This document shows positions 23,434-36,863 of a DNA stretch of 64,000 nt, piece by piece (position 1 is the first letter of the stretch; the number at the start of each line of letters is the position of its first letter). A program made the position numbers and the translations under genes. The notes below the pieces were generated by a model, which saw only the letters and a list, made by a program, of their open reading frames with translations, was not told the origin of the DNA and made no database searches. The stretch is taken from the NCBI RefSeq assembly GCF_006345805.1, contig NC_043000.1, forward strand, positions 154,628,001-154,692,000. Direction: 5' to 3'. The DNA is from Octopus sinensis (lineage: Eukaryota).

Positions 23434-26400
23434 TATGTAAGGAGGGCATATGATATATTTGTATATGGAGAAGCTGTAACAGGACTGTGTCACAATTTGG
23501 TATACTAACAGCAGCATATTACAAAACATGTATCAGTATACAGAGAATTTGTAATACTAATTTGTGCTATATCATAGCTGGGAAACACAATCATCCAAAT
23601 CAACTCAAGGAGAAAATGAAGTGTTTCAATCCATTAAATATATTAGGAGAGTATATGATTAATTATATACTTAATTATATTAATTATATGTTACAGAATA
23701 TTATGCATAATGGCAAGTGGGGAACATTACTATAATATACTACAGTTTAGTGCAATGTAGTGGAAACATGACAAAGTACTGAATCATATTTTAGTATACT
23801 ATCGGTATGTTACAGTACATTACATATATTTGTATGTGGAGAACTGTTGGTGTACTATAACATATCACAATTTAATATAGGACATGACAAAAGACTACTA
23901 TTTAGCATACTAACTGTTGGTATATTGCAGTACATTTTTTGTATGTGGAGAACTGCTGTTGTACTGCAATATATCATAGTTTAGTGGTGAACATGACAAA
24001 TACAATATAATAATATAGTATACTATCGGTTGAATTAGAAATTGAAGAAGTAACATATTTCTTTAATGATGTCTAAAAGTTCACTATATTAGATAAAAGA
24101 AGACAGTTGGTACATTACAGAACAAAAACGTATCATTATATGGAGAACTTGTCATATAACTGTGACATAGTTTAATATATTCAAACAAACAATATGTTAT
24201 GTTACAAATATTTTGTATGTGGAGAACATGTAACAGTGTTGTCTCACAGTTCAGTATACTAAGAAAGATTATTAGTATGTTATAACACACTGTGGATATC
24301 AGTGTGTGGAGAACTTATAACAATACCATATCATAATTTAGTATACTATCACAGACAGGCTGATATATTGCAGTGATGTGATATGTTATCACACAGCTAA
24401 GATATCAATATTTATGTGTAGAGAACTTGTGACAATACCACGATAGAATGTTGTATACTCTCAAACTCCCTGCATCTCCACTGAAAAACAAACAAAAAAT
24501 GATGTTATAAAAAAAAGACCATGTGATATATTTGTATGGTGAGAACTTGTAACAGGCCTGTTTAATAGTTTCGTATGCTATCTGCAGCTAACAGCATGTT
24601 ACAAAAGATGTAATATATCAACGTGTAGATAATTTGCAATTATACCGTGTGGTAGTTTAGTACATAAAAATATTCTGAACGAATAACTTTTCACTGAAAA
24701 GACCAGAAAATCATAACACCTCTGCTCTCCACAAATATCTATAAGTAATTGTTTAGAACCATGGCCCTTAGCTGTTTTGCCTAGAATGTGAAAGAAAGAG
24801 AAAGAAGAGAGAGAGAAAGAGAGAAAGAAAGAGAGAGAGAGAAAGAGAGAGAGAGAAAAAGAGAGAGAGGATTGTAACAAAGGCTTCTGCTAAAAATTTT
24901 AAACAAATCCTTGGATAAGTTTCTCCCCTGTCACAGATCAGTTATCTTTATCAGGCTATAACCAATAAAAGTAGTCTAGTGTAACTACTAAATGATACAT
25001 TAACTAAAAATATACACACAGTCATTGATAAAGAAAATACAATCCAAGATACAATCATCATCCTCCTCCTCCTCCTCCTCATCATCATCGTTTAACGTCC
25101 GTTTTCCATGCTAGTATGGGTTGGATGGATATGTTAAAACTAAATAAAGCCATATACAATACTCAATGGAGGAAGAATTACAGCATGTCCAGAATGCACA
25201 ATGGTTCAAACCAACAATAGAACAAAATAAATACATTATGTTTTGGTCTACTAAATATACTAATAAGGTAATTGGATTTAGTTTTAGAAAATGGCACATA
25301 ATGATAAGCGGAGAGTATATAACTATAATATACTGTAGTTTAGTAGCGTTAGTATGTAGCGAACTGTTGATGCTACAGTGCATGTGTATGTGGAGAACTG
25401 CTATTGTACAGTAATATATTATAGTTTAGTGGAGAACATGATTGCATAATAATTTAGTGTACTAATAGTTTGTAAGTAGATTTGAGATATAAGAAATTGA
25501 AGAAGTAACATATTTGTCCAATGATGTCTAAAAGTTCAGTAAACTAAAAAAAGAAGACAGTATGTATAAAACATATCAGTATGTGGAGAACTTGTGACAT
25601 AGTTTGATATATTCAAAAAATATGTTACATTACAAATATTTTGAGTGTGGAGAACATGTAACAATATTATCTCACAGTTTAGTATACTAAGGAAGATTAT
25701 TAGTATGTTATAACACACTGTGGATACTAGTGTGTGGAGAACTTATAACAATACCATATTATAATTTAGTATACTGTTACAGACATGCTGATATGTTGCC
25801 TTGAGTGTGTTATGTCATAGCATATCTCATGATTAGTATGTTATTATAGATTATAGATAAAAATACTATAGATATTTTTATCCAGAGAACATGTAGCACT
25901 ACCATGTCAAAGTTTAGTGTACTACAAAACAGATTGCCATTATTATATAACGATATATCTATTGTTGAATGGGAAAACTTGTAACAGGATTGTGTTACTG
26001 TTTTATATACTAACGTTTTCTACATCTAGAAAATTTTGGTGGGTAAAGCACCAAAATTTGGTATACAGCATTGATATAAGAATAAAATGTTAAGTGCCAA
26101 AGAATATATAACAGAATTGTAGCATATCATATATTACTAATTCATTTGCTATTTTAACACATATAGGTCAATTTGGGGAGAACACGACAGTCTTGTATGA
26201 TAATTTTATATACTCATAGTTGATTTGTTACAGTACATTACATATAGTATAATATGGAGAATATGTAAGAGTATTGTACCGTAATTTAGTATTTGGTAAA
26301 TTTGTATTTGTACAATATCATGGTTACAGCACATAAGTGATGGCTATATATGGAAAGGTATGTCACAATTTGGTATCACAGCAATTTGATATTCTAATAA

Positions 26401-27249
26401 AATTAGTATATAACAGTATGATACATTTATCAACATGTAGTGAACGTATAACAGTATAATTTAACAACTTGTATTGGCACAAAATGATATATTGGTAACA
26501 AAAGAGCATGATTAATTGAATTGACCTCAGTGTCTAACTGGTACTAGTTTCTACTGATCTGGGGAAATATGATCTTGGAACACACTAGGAGGAATTAAAT
26601 ACTTCAAGGCATTTAATATAGTGCTCTATCATTTTCTGCTATTACATCACCTCCAATAATCTATTATATTTGACAATAACAGATGGCATGATATAATACA
26701 TAACTCACAACATATAATAGAATTATGCCAAAATTTAGTATGTTCCTATTATAAGTTGAACAATGTTTATATTAGTAGATTTGCAATATATTTCAGTACA
26801 ATGTCACAACATAATTTACTAACAGGGGAAAATATGTACATTACATATGTTACTATGTAGAAAAACATGTGTATCTCTGCTTCAAAATTTTGCATAACGA
26901 AAAGACTAAAGGCATGTTCAAATGTTGTATATATTATAGTATATGGTTGCATCGTAAGCTGTTGTTTCATATTGTAACTTAGTATAATAACAGATTTGTA
27001 TGTACAAGTCTATTGCATATATTTGTGAAAAGTGTGACTGTATCACAGTTTAATATAGAAAGTTTATGTTACAGTATATTGCATAAGGAGTAGTATATTG
27101 TGACAAGTTTGTGACATTACTTTAGCAGATTAAAAACCTATGTCACATTTTTGGGGAGTCAGAGGTTGCATATGTTACAATACATACAACATGGAGAATA
27201 TGTAATAGTGTTTTAGTTAGTTAAACTGCAGCCATGCTGGGGCACCGCC

Positions 27250-27642
27250 TTACTCTTTTACTTGTTTCAGTCATTTGACTGCGGCCATGCTGGAGTACCA
27301 CCTTTAGTCGAGCAACTCGCCCCCGGGACTTATTCTTTGTAAGCCCAGTACTTATTCTATCAGTCTCTTTTGCCGAACCTCTAAGTGACGGGGACATAAA
27401 CACACCAGCATCGGTTGTCAAGCAATGCTAGGGGGACAAACACAGACACACAAACACACACATATATATATATACATATATATGACGAGCTTCTTTCAGT
27501 TTCCGTCTACCAAATCCACTCACAAGGCTTTGGTCGGCCCGAGGCTATAGTAGAAAGCACTTGCCCAAGATGCCATGCAGTGGGACTGAACCTGGAACCA
27601 TGTGGTTGGTAAACAAGCTACTTACCACACATCCACTCCTGC
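27250..27642 (-). mobile_element. SINE family C (CORE-like), near full length
   Basis: The minus strand has the head GGAGTGGATGTGTGGTAAG, box B GGTTCAGTCCC, GGCATCTTGGGCAAGTG and a tail ending GTAAAAGAGTAA. Confidence 0.9.
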
Positions 27643-28471
27643 ATTTTAATGTATGTGTCATTATGTTACAGTAGAGCTTTACTGTATGTAAAGAAAGATA
27701 TTATGTCAGAGTTTAGTAAGAAATAAAAACCATTATGTTACAGTACATTACAAACATTATTTTGTGGAGAACATGTAATGTTGCTGTATCATATTGTAGT
27801 TTATTCATTAGCAAAGTTATCTAATATAACTATCATAGGGTAGATATAATTAACTTTACTAACCAGAAGTCACCATCCTAAATAGGAATGTCATCAGATA
27901 AGTGATCTTAGATATACTGTATCTGAATAAATAACTAACTAATTATGGGTAGATTACTTCAGAAATGTCCTACATTTGGGTGGCCTGTGGTTAAACAACA
28001 ATTCCCTATTTTTATAACAGATGATAAATGTTGATTTCTTTGGACTAACTTCATGGTTAATTTATTTTGTAAGAGATTAAGTGGATGGGAGGGGACAATC
28101 AATTGACCCAACCTAATCATGTTACCTTATGTTACCTTCAAGGGATGAAAAACAAAGATGGCTGCCAATAGGAATTTAACTCATTCAGATAAGAGAAGCA
28201 TTGGATTGGTTACAATGAAGAGTCCAGATAGGTGCACGTTATTGCTCTGTCAATGTCAACAACCTTCAATACATAATACATGCAAAATGGTATGTTTTTG
28301 ATTCCACATTATTAGGGAAGACTGTGTAAGCAATTGAGTCAACCATGTGATATTACAGGTATTTATTTTAGCTGTTTGATTTGTACTTTAACAGAATTTG
28401 AGTTCATTGCGATTATGGAAAAAAAACCCCAAACAAATGAATAAGTAATGTGTGGGGAGAAACTGAATTCT

Positions 28472-28730
28472 TTAACACTTTCGTTACCAACCCGGCCAAA
28501 ACATGATCATAAGATTGTGGTTTCGATTCCTGGACCGGGCGACGTGTTGTGTTCTTGAGCAAAACACTTCATTTCACATTGCTCCAGTCCACTCAGCTGG
28601 CAAAAATGAGTAACGCTGTGATGGACTGGCGTCCCGTCCAACTTGGGAACACATACACTATAGAAACCAGGAAACTGGGCCCATGAGCCTGGCTAAGCTT
28701 TAAAAGGGCGCATTTATTTATTTTATTATT
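28472..28730 (+). mobile_element. piggyBac-like MITE end fused to a 5'-truncated family B SINE
   Basis: TTAACACTTTCGTTACCAACCCGGCCAAA (MITE end, cf. 19948) is joined directly to CATGATCATAAGATTGTGG (SINE B body, cf. 14806). Confidence 0.75.
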
Positions 28731-30040
28731 AAAATTATAAAAGCAGAGTTAACTCTGACAAAGCATGAACTCAGAAAGCAGACTTGGAAACAGCTTGCTC
28801 ATGCAAGTGAAGTCAGTTGAAAACTCTGCATACCAGGTGTCAGTTGGCTTTAAGGGTCATCAGGAGAGAACATGCTCTGTTACAGAGCCTTCTTCTCAAC
28901 AGCTTTACAGTGCATCAGCCTTGCTCACTGATAAAGTATTGTAGTAATTCCAGTAAAAACATCAAAAGTAGAGTTTTCTATTGTCTTAGCTATGCCTGCC
29001 ATCTCCAATATCTACTTATAATCTTTGATTTTTCATCAGGCACAAAGCAAATTTCTTAACGACCCAGCCTTGTCCATACTATGCATTATCTAATACATTG
29101 CATGTATAATCACATACTGAGCATAACAACAACAATAAAAAAGAAAGAAAGAAAGAACATTGATAATAATAAAGCATCTATTTACATAACAATACTATAA
29201 AACTTCACTTAGCCATAGCCACATATCTGTTTCCTATTATATTACAGCTGCTTGCCTTTCTCATGGTTGAATAATTGTATCAAATTAATGATGGATATCT
29301 GTATATGTATGTGAGTGTGTGAGTGCGTGTGTGTGTGTGAGAGTGTGAGTGTGTGTGTGTGTATGTGAGTGTGTGAGTGTGTATGTGTGTGTGTGTGTGT
29401 GTGAGTGAGTGCATGTGCACTTGTATGATGATTCTACTGTGGGATAGGCAATTATATACTGATCATCACACGAAGTATAGGAGGACAAAATTTAATATAT
29501 CAGCATGATGGTGGTTATATAATATGTGTGTGTGTGCATGTGTGTGTATGTGTGTGTGTATGAGGAATCTAATATAAAATATATCAACTGTCATTGACAA
29601 TACATGACAAAACCATGGTGCAAATATGTTGATCTTCTGAGGTGGAAAAGAGTAATTTTAATGCGGGGATACATAATTAAGCACCTAAACGTCAGCAATT
29701 ATATATGGTACGAGGCAAAATCAGAGCACGAATATATCATCCTGCTGGGACAAATGAAACATTTATACTGATTGAGACAATTGTTAAGACTGATCCTACA
29801 GATACATGTACATACACAGGTACACACAGACACAGACATACACAGATGCATGCACGCATGCACATGCACACACACACACACACAGATGGATCTGCATCAA
29901 ATTTATTGATGAATTATTCAATTGTCCAGTCACCTGAATTGCTTACTCATTGAATTAGATTGTAAATGGCTGAAAATTTCTCGAAAATTTGCACCTTTGA
30001 CATAATTCTCAAGTGAAATTAGATCAGATTGACACTCTGT

Positions 30041-30187
<147 letters not shown>

Positions 30188-30471
30188 GCCATTAATCTGG
30201 TGGGATAATCCATCTGATGGACTTCTGATACCCCTTCTGTCTGCTCAGATACATTCACAAGGATATTTGCTCATGATGTCATGCTACTAAATTGAACCCA
30301 GAACCATACAAATGCAAAGTAGAATTCTCTAACATTTGCCCATGCTATATGTCATCATCATCATCATCATCATCATCATTTGATCTCCATTTTCCATGCT
30401 GGCATGGATTGGAGAAATATTCATATATGTATATGTGTGTGTGTTTGTATGTGTGTATATATATATGTAAA

Positions 30472-30767
30472 GGGTAAAGACCCCCTTCAGTCATGAATGA
30501 CCATGGGATTGTACCTAGAAAGTTAACTTATGAATCCATGCATACCAGCCTCCCCTCTCCATGCCATCGATGTTATCCAAGAGAAAGGCAAAGGGGCCGA
30601 TACAGCTTGACCCCAGTGATGTCACAACTCATTTCTACAGCTGAGTGAACTGGAGCAACGTGAAATAAAGTGTCTTGCTCAAGAACACAACCCACAGCCT
30701 GGTCTGAGAATCAAACTCACTAGCTCATGGTTGTGGGCTTGATGATCTAACCACTGAGCTATGTGCT
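30472..30767 (-). mobile_element. tRNA-derived SINE with a family B-like head and a different tail
   Basis: cagctgagtgaactggagcaacgtgaaataaagtgtcttgctcaagaacacaac is the reverse complement of the family B body. Confidence 0.75.
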
Positions 30768-30834
30768 GTGTATGTGTGTGTGTGTGTGTGAGAGCGCATT
30801 TGTGTGTATAGATATAGGTATATAGACTGAATGC

Positions 30835-30857
30835 TAGATAGCTAGATAGATAGATAG

Positions 30858-30899
<42 letters not shown>

Positions 30900-30988
30900 A
30901 TAGACAGATAGATAGATAGATAGATAAATAGACAGATAGATAGATAGATAGATAGATAGATATATAGATAGGTAGGTAGGTAGGTAGG

Positions 30989-31040
<52 letters not shown>

Positions 31041-31125
31041 CAGATAGATAGATAGACAGATAGATAGACAGATAGATAGATAGATAGATAGATAAATAGA
31101 TAGGTAGATAGATAGACAGATAGGT
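30835..31125. repeat. (GATA)n compound microsatellite
   Basis: Direct reading. A (TATC)n tract also lies at 38670-38855. Confidence 0.98.
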
Positions 31126-31572
31126 AGAAGTATGATAAACACAAGATACAGTTTATGCCGTTTATACCCTTTGCCTATTTTGCATTGTGGCTATTTACAT
31201 GCTCTGCAGTAGGTATTTGTCATGCAATTGGATGCAAATGTACAACAGTTCTTCAGAAGAACACTTCATTACATTATAATGTTACAGACTGTGTCCATAC
31301 AAGAACTAAAAAACTGTCGTAGATCTGTATCCGCTTGCTCCGACAGCAGTTAATGCAAATTGCCACTATGGCAAATTATGCAGAGGGAAGAAATTGCGTA
31401 AAAATTGTATCTTGCGTTTACCATACTTTTGATTACATTTGCTCTGTATATCATAATCGGTAATACTACCAAGTACAGTAGTAACTACACCACTTTGCAA
31501 GAAGTAGACTGGTTGATCATGCTCATCATAGGGCTTTAAATTCATCAGTAGCAGTCATACATCTAACCGTAT

Positions 31573-31608
<36 letters not shown>

Positions 31609-32444
31609 GTACACACACACATATATGTATGTACATATACATAAATACACATATATATATATGCATTTATATATACTCACATGTATATGCCCTCACTCAC
31701 ATGCCCTCATACTCACATGTATATGCCCTCACAAACATATGCACACATACACCAACAAATTATATAATGTATAATATGTGTGTGGGTGGGTGTGTGTATC
31801 ATATATAAAATATTTTAAGTATCAAGTACTTTGAAGTTTTGACATAAATACAGTGTAAATGAGAGAGAGGAAGAGAGAGAGAGCTCTTGTACATGTTATC
31901 TAATGCAATCTAGATGCACATTACAACATCATGTGCAGATTAACATTTTTTTTATATGTGGGTGTATTCTAAAGGTATTTGTGTTATTTTCTAATGGCTG
32001 TAAATGTCATTAAACCTCTGCAGTTAATGGGAATAGTTTTGGTCATATGGTAATTGAGACACTAATTGCAATTTAAACTCTGAACATCATCAAAGAAAGC
32101 TAGTCTTTAAATAAATGGCTGATGATTCTCTTAATGGAGAAACCTCATTTAAGTTGCAACTTGCTAAAATCTCCATTTTTACCTGTTTAGATAATTAAGT
32201 ATAGATTTATTTATAAATAGTGAGTTAGAATCAGAAAGGGTGCTTCTGGTTGTAATTATTGTCAAGTCCCAATTAATTTACCTAAGAGCATGTTAAAAGC
32301 AAACATTGTATTAAGTCAGGATTGAAAAGAGGGGGTGGGGAGAATTTAAGTTACTTAAACCTGGTAAAATAAAATTTGATATTTTAAAATTTTGTTTGTT
32401 TTAAACAAAAGTCATTACCACATGTTACTTAAAGGATGATACAT

Positions 32445-32675
32445 GTTTCTTTATTGCCCACAAGGGGCTAAACATAGAGGGGACAAACAAGGATAGACAA
32501 ACGGATTAAGTCGATTACATCGACCCCAGTGCGTAACTGGTACTTAATTTATCGAACCCGAAAGGATGAAAGGCAAAGTCGACCTCGGCGGAATTTGAAC
32601 TCAGAACGTAATGGCAGACGAAATACAGCTACGCATTTCACCCAGCATGCTAACGTTTCTGCCAGCTCACCACCT
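32445..32675 (-). mobile_element. SINE family A
   Basis: Full-length match to the other copies. TSD AAAGGATGATACA on both sides. Confidence 0.92.
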
Positions 32676-33554
32676 TCAAAGGATGATACACTAGATTTAC
32701 AAAGCAGCAAACTTACTAAGATAAAATGCATGCAAATAGTTACAAAGTGGGGATTACTTAAAAATTTACAATTGAAGTCTGGCTGATGTGTGTCTTGGAT
32801 TGTTCCATATCCTTACAGGGATCAAAGTGGCTGGACACTACCACTCATGGTGGTCTGAGTCTTGTGGAGATACTCTACATGTTGCTCATATAGGAATCCA
32901 TGACATCCTTGTTGATGTAGGTTAGCTGCTGGTGTACTACGCCTTGATCTCAGTCTATTTATGTATGTTCTCTGCTTTTCAGTTAGACAATAGAAGCTGT
33001 GCATTGGTTTAGTGGGGTCCTCAACCACTGAGAGGGTTATTATCTTCATTCATCTCTTCTGGTTTCCTAAACATTGAAGTTTTTAGTTATTTACTGATCC
33101 CTGTAGTCACTGTGTAATGGCAAAAGTAATGTTGACCCTGAAGCCAAAGACTGATCCAGCAGAAAGATAGAAAACTAAGATAGAAAACAATCCTGTGCCT
33201 GGACAAAGATGTCAGTTCTGTTCCCAGACCCATACCTCCATGTAGGAGTTGTTAAGAACAGAGTAACTTCTATGCAGTAGTTCATAATGCTAAAATAAAC
33301 AGCTAAATCTTCCTCATATCAATTACAACCATGGTATAGAACTACGAAAATATTGTTCTCATAGGTACAGCTCATATCCTAAAACACAGTCAATCTGAGA
33401 ATGCTGGATTTTTTTAAAATTGACTATATTAAAACAAGCTTTTAGCATATCTTAATTCTCAGAATTTGGTTCCTTTTCCTTGAAATAAATTATTACTACG
33501 CATCCACAGTAAGACATTGAACCATCTAACTTGCTTTTTCATGAAGCCTTTCCA

Positions 33555-33758
33555 CTATAGGCACAATACCTAAAATTTGGGGAAGTGGGGATAATCAGTT
33601 GCGCTCCAGTGCTCAGGTGGTCACTTATTTTGTTGACCCTGAAAGAATGAAAGGCAAAGTTGACCTTGGCAGAATTTGAACTCAGAACGTAAAGACGGAT
33701 GAAATGATGCAAAGCTTTTTTGCCTGGCATGCCAATGATTCTGGCAGATTGCTGCCTT
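33555..33758 (-). mobile_element. older family A-related SINE
   Basis: Contains gaatgaaaggcaaagttgaccttggcagaatttgaactcagaacg. Same subfamily as 56538-56743. Confidence 0.8.
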
Positions 33759-33813
33759 AATAATAATAATAATAATAATAATGATAATAGTAATAATAAT
33801 AATAATAATAATA

Positions 33814-33844
<31 letters not shown>

Positions 33845-33908
33845 TGATTATAATAATAATGATAATAACAATAATGATTATAATAATAATGGTAATAATA
33901 ATAATAAT

Positions 33909-34380
33909 GGCATCATCGAAAATGCTAATGCAAAGATCCTGTGGGATTTTAGGATTCAGTGTGACCATGAGATAGAGAATAGGAAGCCAGACATAGTCTT
34001 AATTGAGAAAGAAAACAAACTATGTTGGATCATAGATATAGCATGCCCAGTTGACAACAAGGTATATGATAAGGAAGAAAGAAAAGTCGATAGATATGAC
34101 AAGTTAGCTTGGGAGGTTAAGCAGTTGTTGTCGATGGAAAAGGTGGTAGTAGTACCAATAACTGTCTGAGCCCTGGGAACAGTGAGTAAAAATCTTGAGA
34201 TGTACATGGAACAAACAAGGGCTGCAATAAAGGTGGAGCACTTGCAGAAAGCAGCACTGCTTGGAACAGCTCGAATACTCTGGAAGGTGCTCGAAAAATA
34301 AGGGGTGTTACCTTAGTTCACTGGTAGTGAACAGCTGACACTGTAGTACATCTCTAGCTTTAGAAGCTGTGCAAAGGCAA
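33909..34380 (+). pseudogene. 5'-truncated R4/Dong-like LINE: restriction-like endonuclease domain plus 3' UTR
   Basis: One frame reads GIIENANAKILWDFRIQCDHEIENRKPDIV...IIDIACP...KEERKVDRYDKL...VVPITV*ALG...LQKAALLGTARILWKVLEK* (stop 34299-34301). A single internal stop falls in the GALG motif. (TAA)n on both sides. Confidence 0.92.
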
Positions 34381-34474
34381 TAATAATGATAATAATAATA
34401 ATAATAATAATCCTTTCTACTACTACTACTACTACTACTACTACTGCTACTACTGCTACTGATACTACTACTAC

Positions 34475-34510
<36 letters not shown>

Positions 34511-34527
34511 GGATGATGATGATAATA

Positions 34528-34572
<45 letters not shown>

Positions 34573-35287
34573 GTGATGCTGATAATAATAATAATAATAA
34601 TAATAACGATAAGTGTATAGATAAGTAAATAAATAAAACATATAGAACAGAAATGAAAAAAAATAATAAGATAGATAAATAGAATCTATAAATTGTTTAT
34701 TTTTAATTTAAAACAATATAGAGGGTGTATCTCTCTTGCAAGTATAATATAACAGAAAATGAATTCTTTGAAGAACAAAGATTGCGATATATTGTTAATT
34801 ATCAAAAAGCACAGCTTTTTGGATATAAATTTTATAAATCTGTTCCAAAAATGATTCTTTTGTATGAGCCCTCTAATATTATAATGATGGCAGGGAGATA
34901 GACAATTTGAAGTATATTGTTAATTAAAATATGAAATTGAAATTAATAACAAATATGTAGCATTTGCGGTAACTTTCATCTGGATATACAAAAGAAAATA
35001 TTTTGTTTCTTTGGTTTTTATATCCATTTTTCCATGCCGGTTTAAGTTAAAAGAACATGTTATTGAATCATCATTTTATAGCCAAATGTTCTTCTTTCAA
35101 GTAAGGGATCTCTTATTTTACATGCCTTCAGAGACACAAAGCCAAGCCAAGCCATATTTGTGGATAGGAAAAATGAAAGCAACATCTCAGCTTGTAAACT
35201 GGGTGACATTTTTTGAGGGGAACTGTAAACATAAAAAAAAACAAAAAAACAAACTCAGACACATGCACACACACACAGACACACACA

Positions 35288-35322
<35 letters not shown>

Positions 35323-35399
35323 GACAGACACACAACATAGACACACAACACATACACACAAAGAAGCATATATATATGCATGTATATATGTGTGTGTAA

Positions 35400-35433
<34 letters not shown>

Positions 35434-35473
35434 CTACATATATATATATATATATACACATGCATATATATAC

Positions 35474-35516
<43 letters not shown>

Positions 35517-35628
35517 ATTTAGTTGAATTAGTTACTTAAATTGAGGTACCTTGTTAGGTTGTGATGAATTTATTACCTTAATGAATTGACACCTGTACAT
35601 CTGTTACTCATTTATATATATATATAAT

Positions 35629-35659
<31 letters not shown>

Positions 35660-35922
35660 TTAATAAGAAAATATTAGGGAATAAATCCAAACTTACAGGG
35701 AAAAATCAGATTTAGGATTTAATCCAATTTTATAGTATAAATATATTATATTATATTATATTAAATTAGAGATTATACACACATATATATATATGTGTGT
35801 GTGTGTATGTGTATGTAATGGGTTTCTTGTCATTTTATCTACTTAATTCTCTTAATTCTACCATAGCCCTGGTAGAATTAATCACACCGCCATGCTTGCA
35901 CCTATCAAGGGGGTATATATAT

Positions 35923-35959
<37 letters not shown>

Positions 35960-36213
35960 AAATATGTGTGAAGGCTGTAGCTTTGCAGTTAGGGATTTGC
36001 ACTTGTAAAAATTATGAGGGCCTGGGATTTTGATTCCTGGAGCAGGCAGTGTGTTGTATCTTTTAAGTAAAATATTTCATTTTATGCTCTGTGATCACTT
36101 TGACATCTGATTTGTGGCACACCATACACTTGTACGAGCATTAACGATTTAATGGAGGGAGCAAGCTAATGTGCAATGCAAGCGTTTGATTGCTATACAT
36201 ATATCATATATAT

Positions 36214-36443
36214 ATTTCTTTACTACCCACAAGGGGCTAAACACAGAGAGGACAAACAAGGACAGACAAAGGGATTAAGTCGACTACATCGACCCCAGTG
36301 CGTAACTGGTACTTAATTTATCGACCCCGAAAGGATGAAAGGCAAAGTCGACCTCGGCGGAATTTGAACTCGGAACGTAACGACAGACGAAATACGGCTA
36401 CGAATTTCGCCCGGCGTGCTAACGTTTCTACCAGCTCGCCGCC
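36214..36443 (-). mobile_element. SINE family A
   Basis: Full length, with TSD CATATATCATATATA. Confidence 0.92.
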
Positions 36444-36615
36444 ATATATCATATATAAGCAGGTTGTACAGCAAGTAGATGCAGAACCCCACTCTGTCAT
36501 TTACTGCACATGCACACACACACACACACACAAATACAGACACAGACACACACAAATACAGACACACATAAACACAGACACACACATAAATTGAGAGAAA
36601 GAGAGAGAGAGAGAA

Positions 36616-36646
<31 letters not shown>

Positions 36647-36712
36647 AAGAAAAGCATTAATTGACAGTAAAGCCATTCTATAATGAATTCTGTTAAATAT
36701 GTGAAGTTAAGA

Positions 36713-36770
<58 letters not shown>

Positions 36771-36817
36771 TGTATGTATGTATGCATGCATGCATGTAAG
36801 TATATAAATATGTATAT

Positions 36818-36863
<46 letters not shown>

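Larger units (their letters stand above)
20680..27830. repeat. degenerate tandem array of ~80-bp units with higher-order duplication
   Basis: The motifs TGTGGAGAAC(A/T)TGT(A/G)ACA, TTTAGTATACTAA and GTATGTTACA recur at 76-87-bp spacing (e.g. GGAGAAC at 20838, 20917, 21004; 22827, 22906, 22993; 24142, 24221, 24308). Interrupted by SINEs. Confidence 0.9.

Noticed and set aside
23808-23847. Resemblance of array units to hairpin-ribozyme loop B (GTACATTAC opposite GGAGAAC)
   Set aside because: GTACATTAC matches one loop B strand, but the partner strand is out of register with AGAAACA and there is no conserved loop A/GUC. An Infernal hairpin-ribozyme search or a cleavage assay would settle it.
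20680-27830. Array as a C2H2 zinc-finger cluster (period near 84 bp, TGTGGAGAA = CGE)
   Set aside because: Spacing of 76-87 bp is mostly not a multiple of 3, stops occur in all frames, and there is no CxxC..H..H or TGEKP pattern.
20680-27830. Array as CRISPR or integron attC cassettes
   Set aside because: The variable parts are homologous to each other rather than unique spacers. The ends do not fit RYYYAAC/GTTRRRY. There is no cas or integrase gene and the context is eukaryotic.
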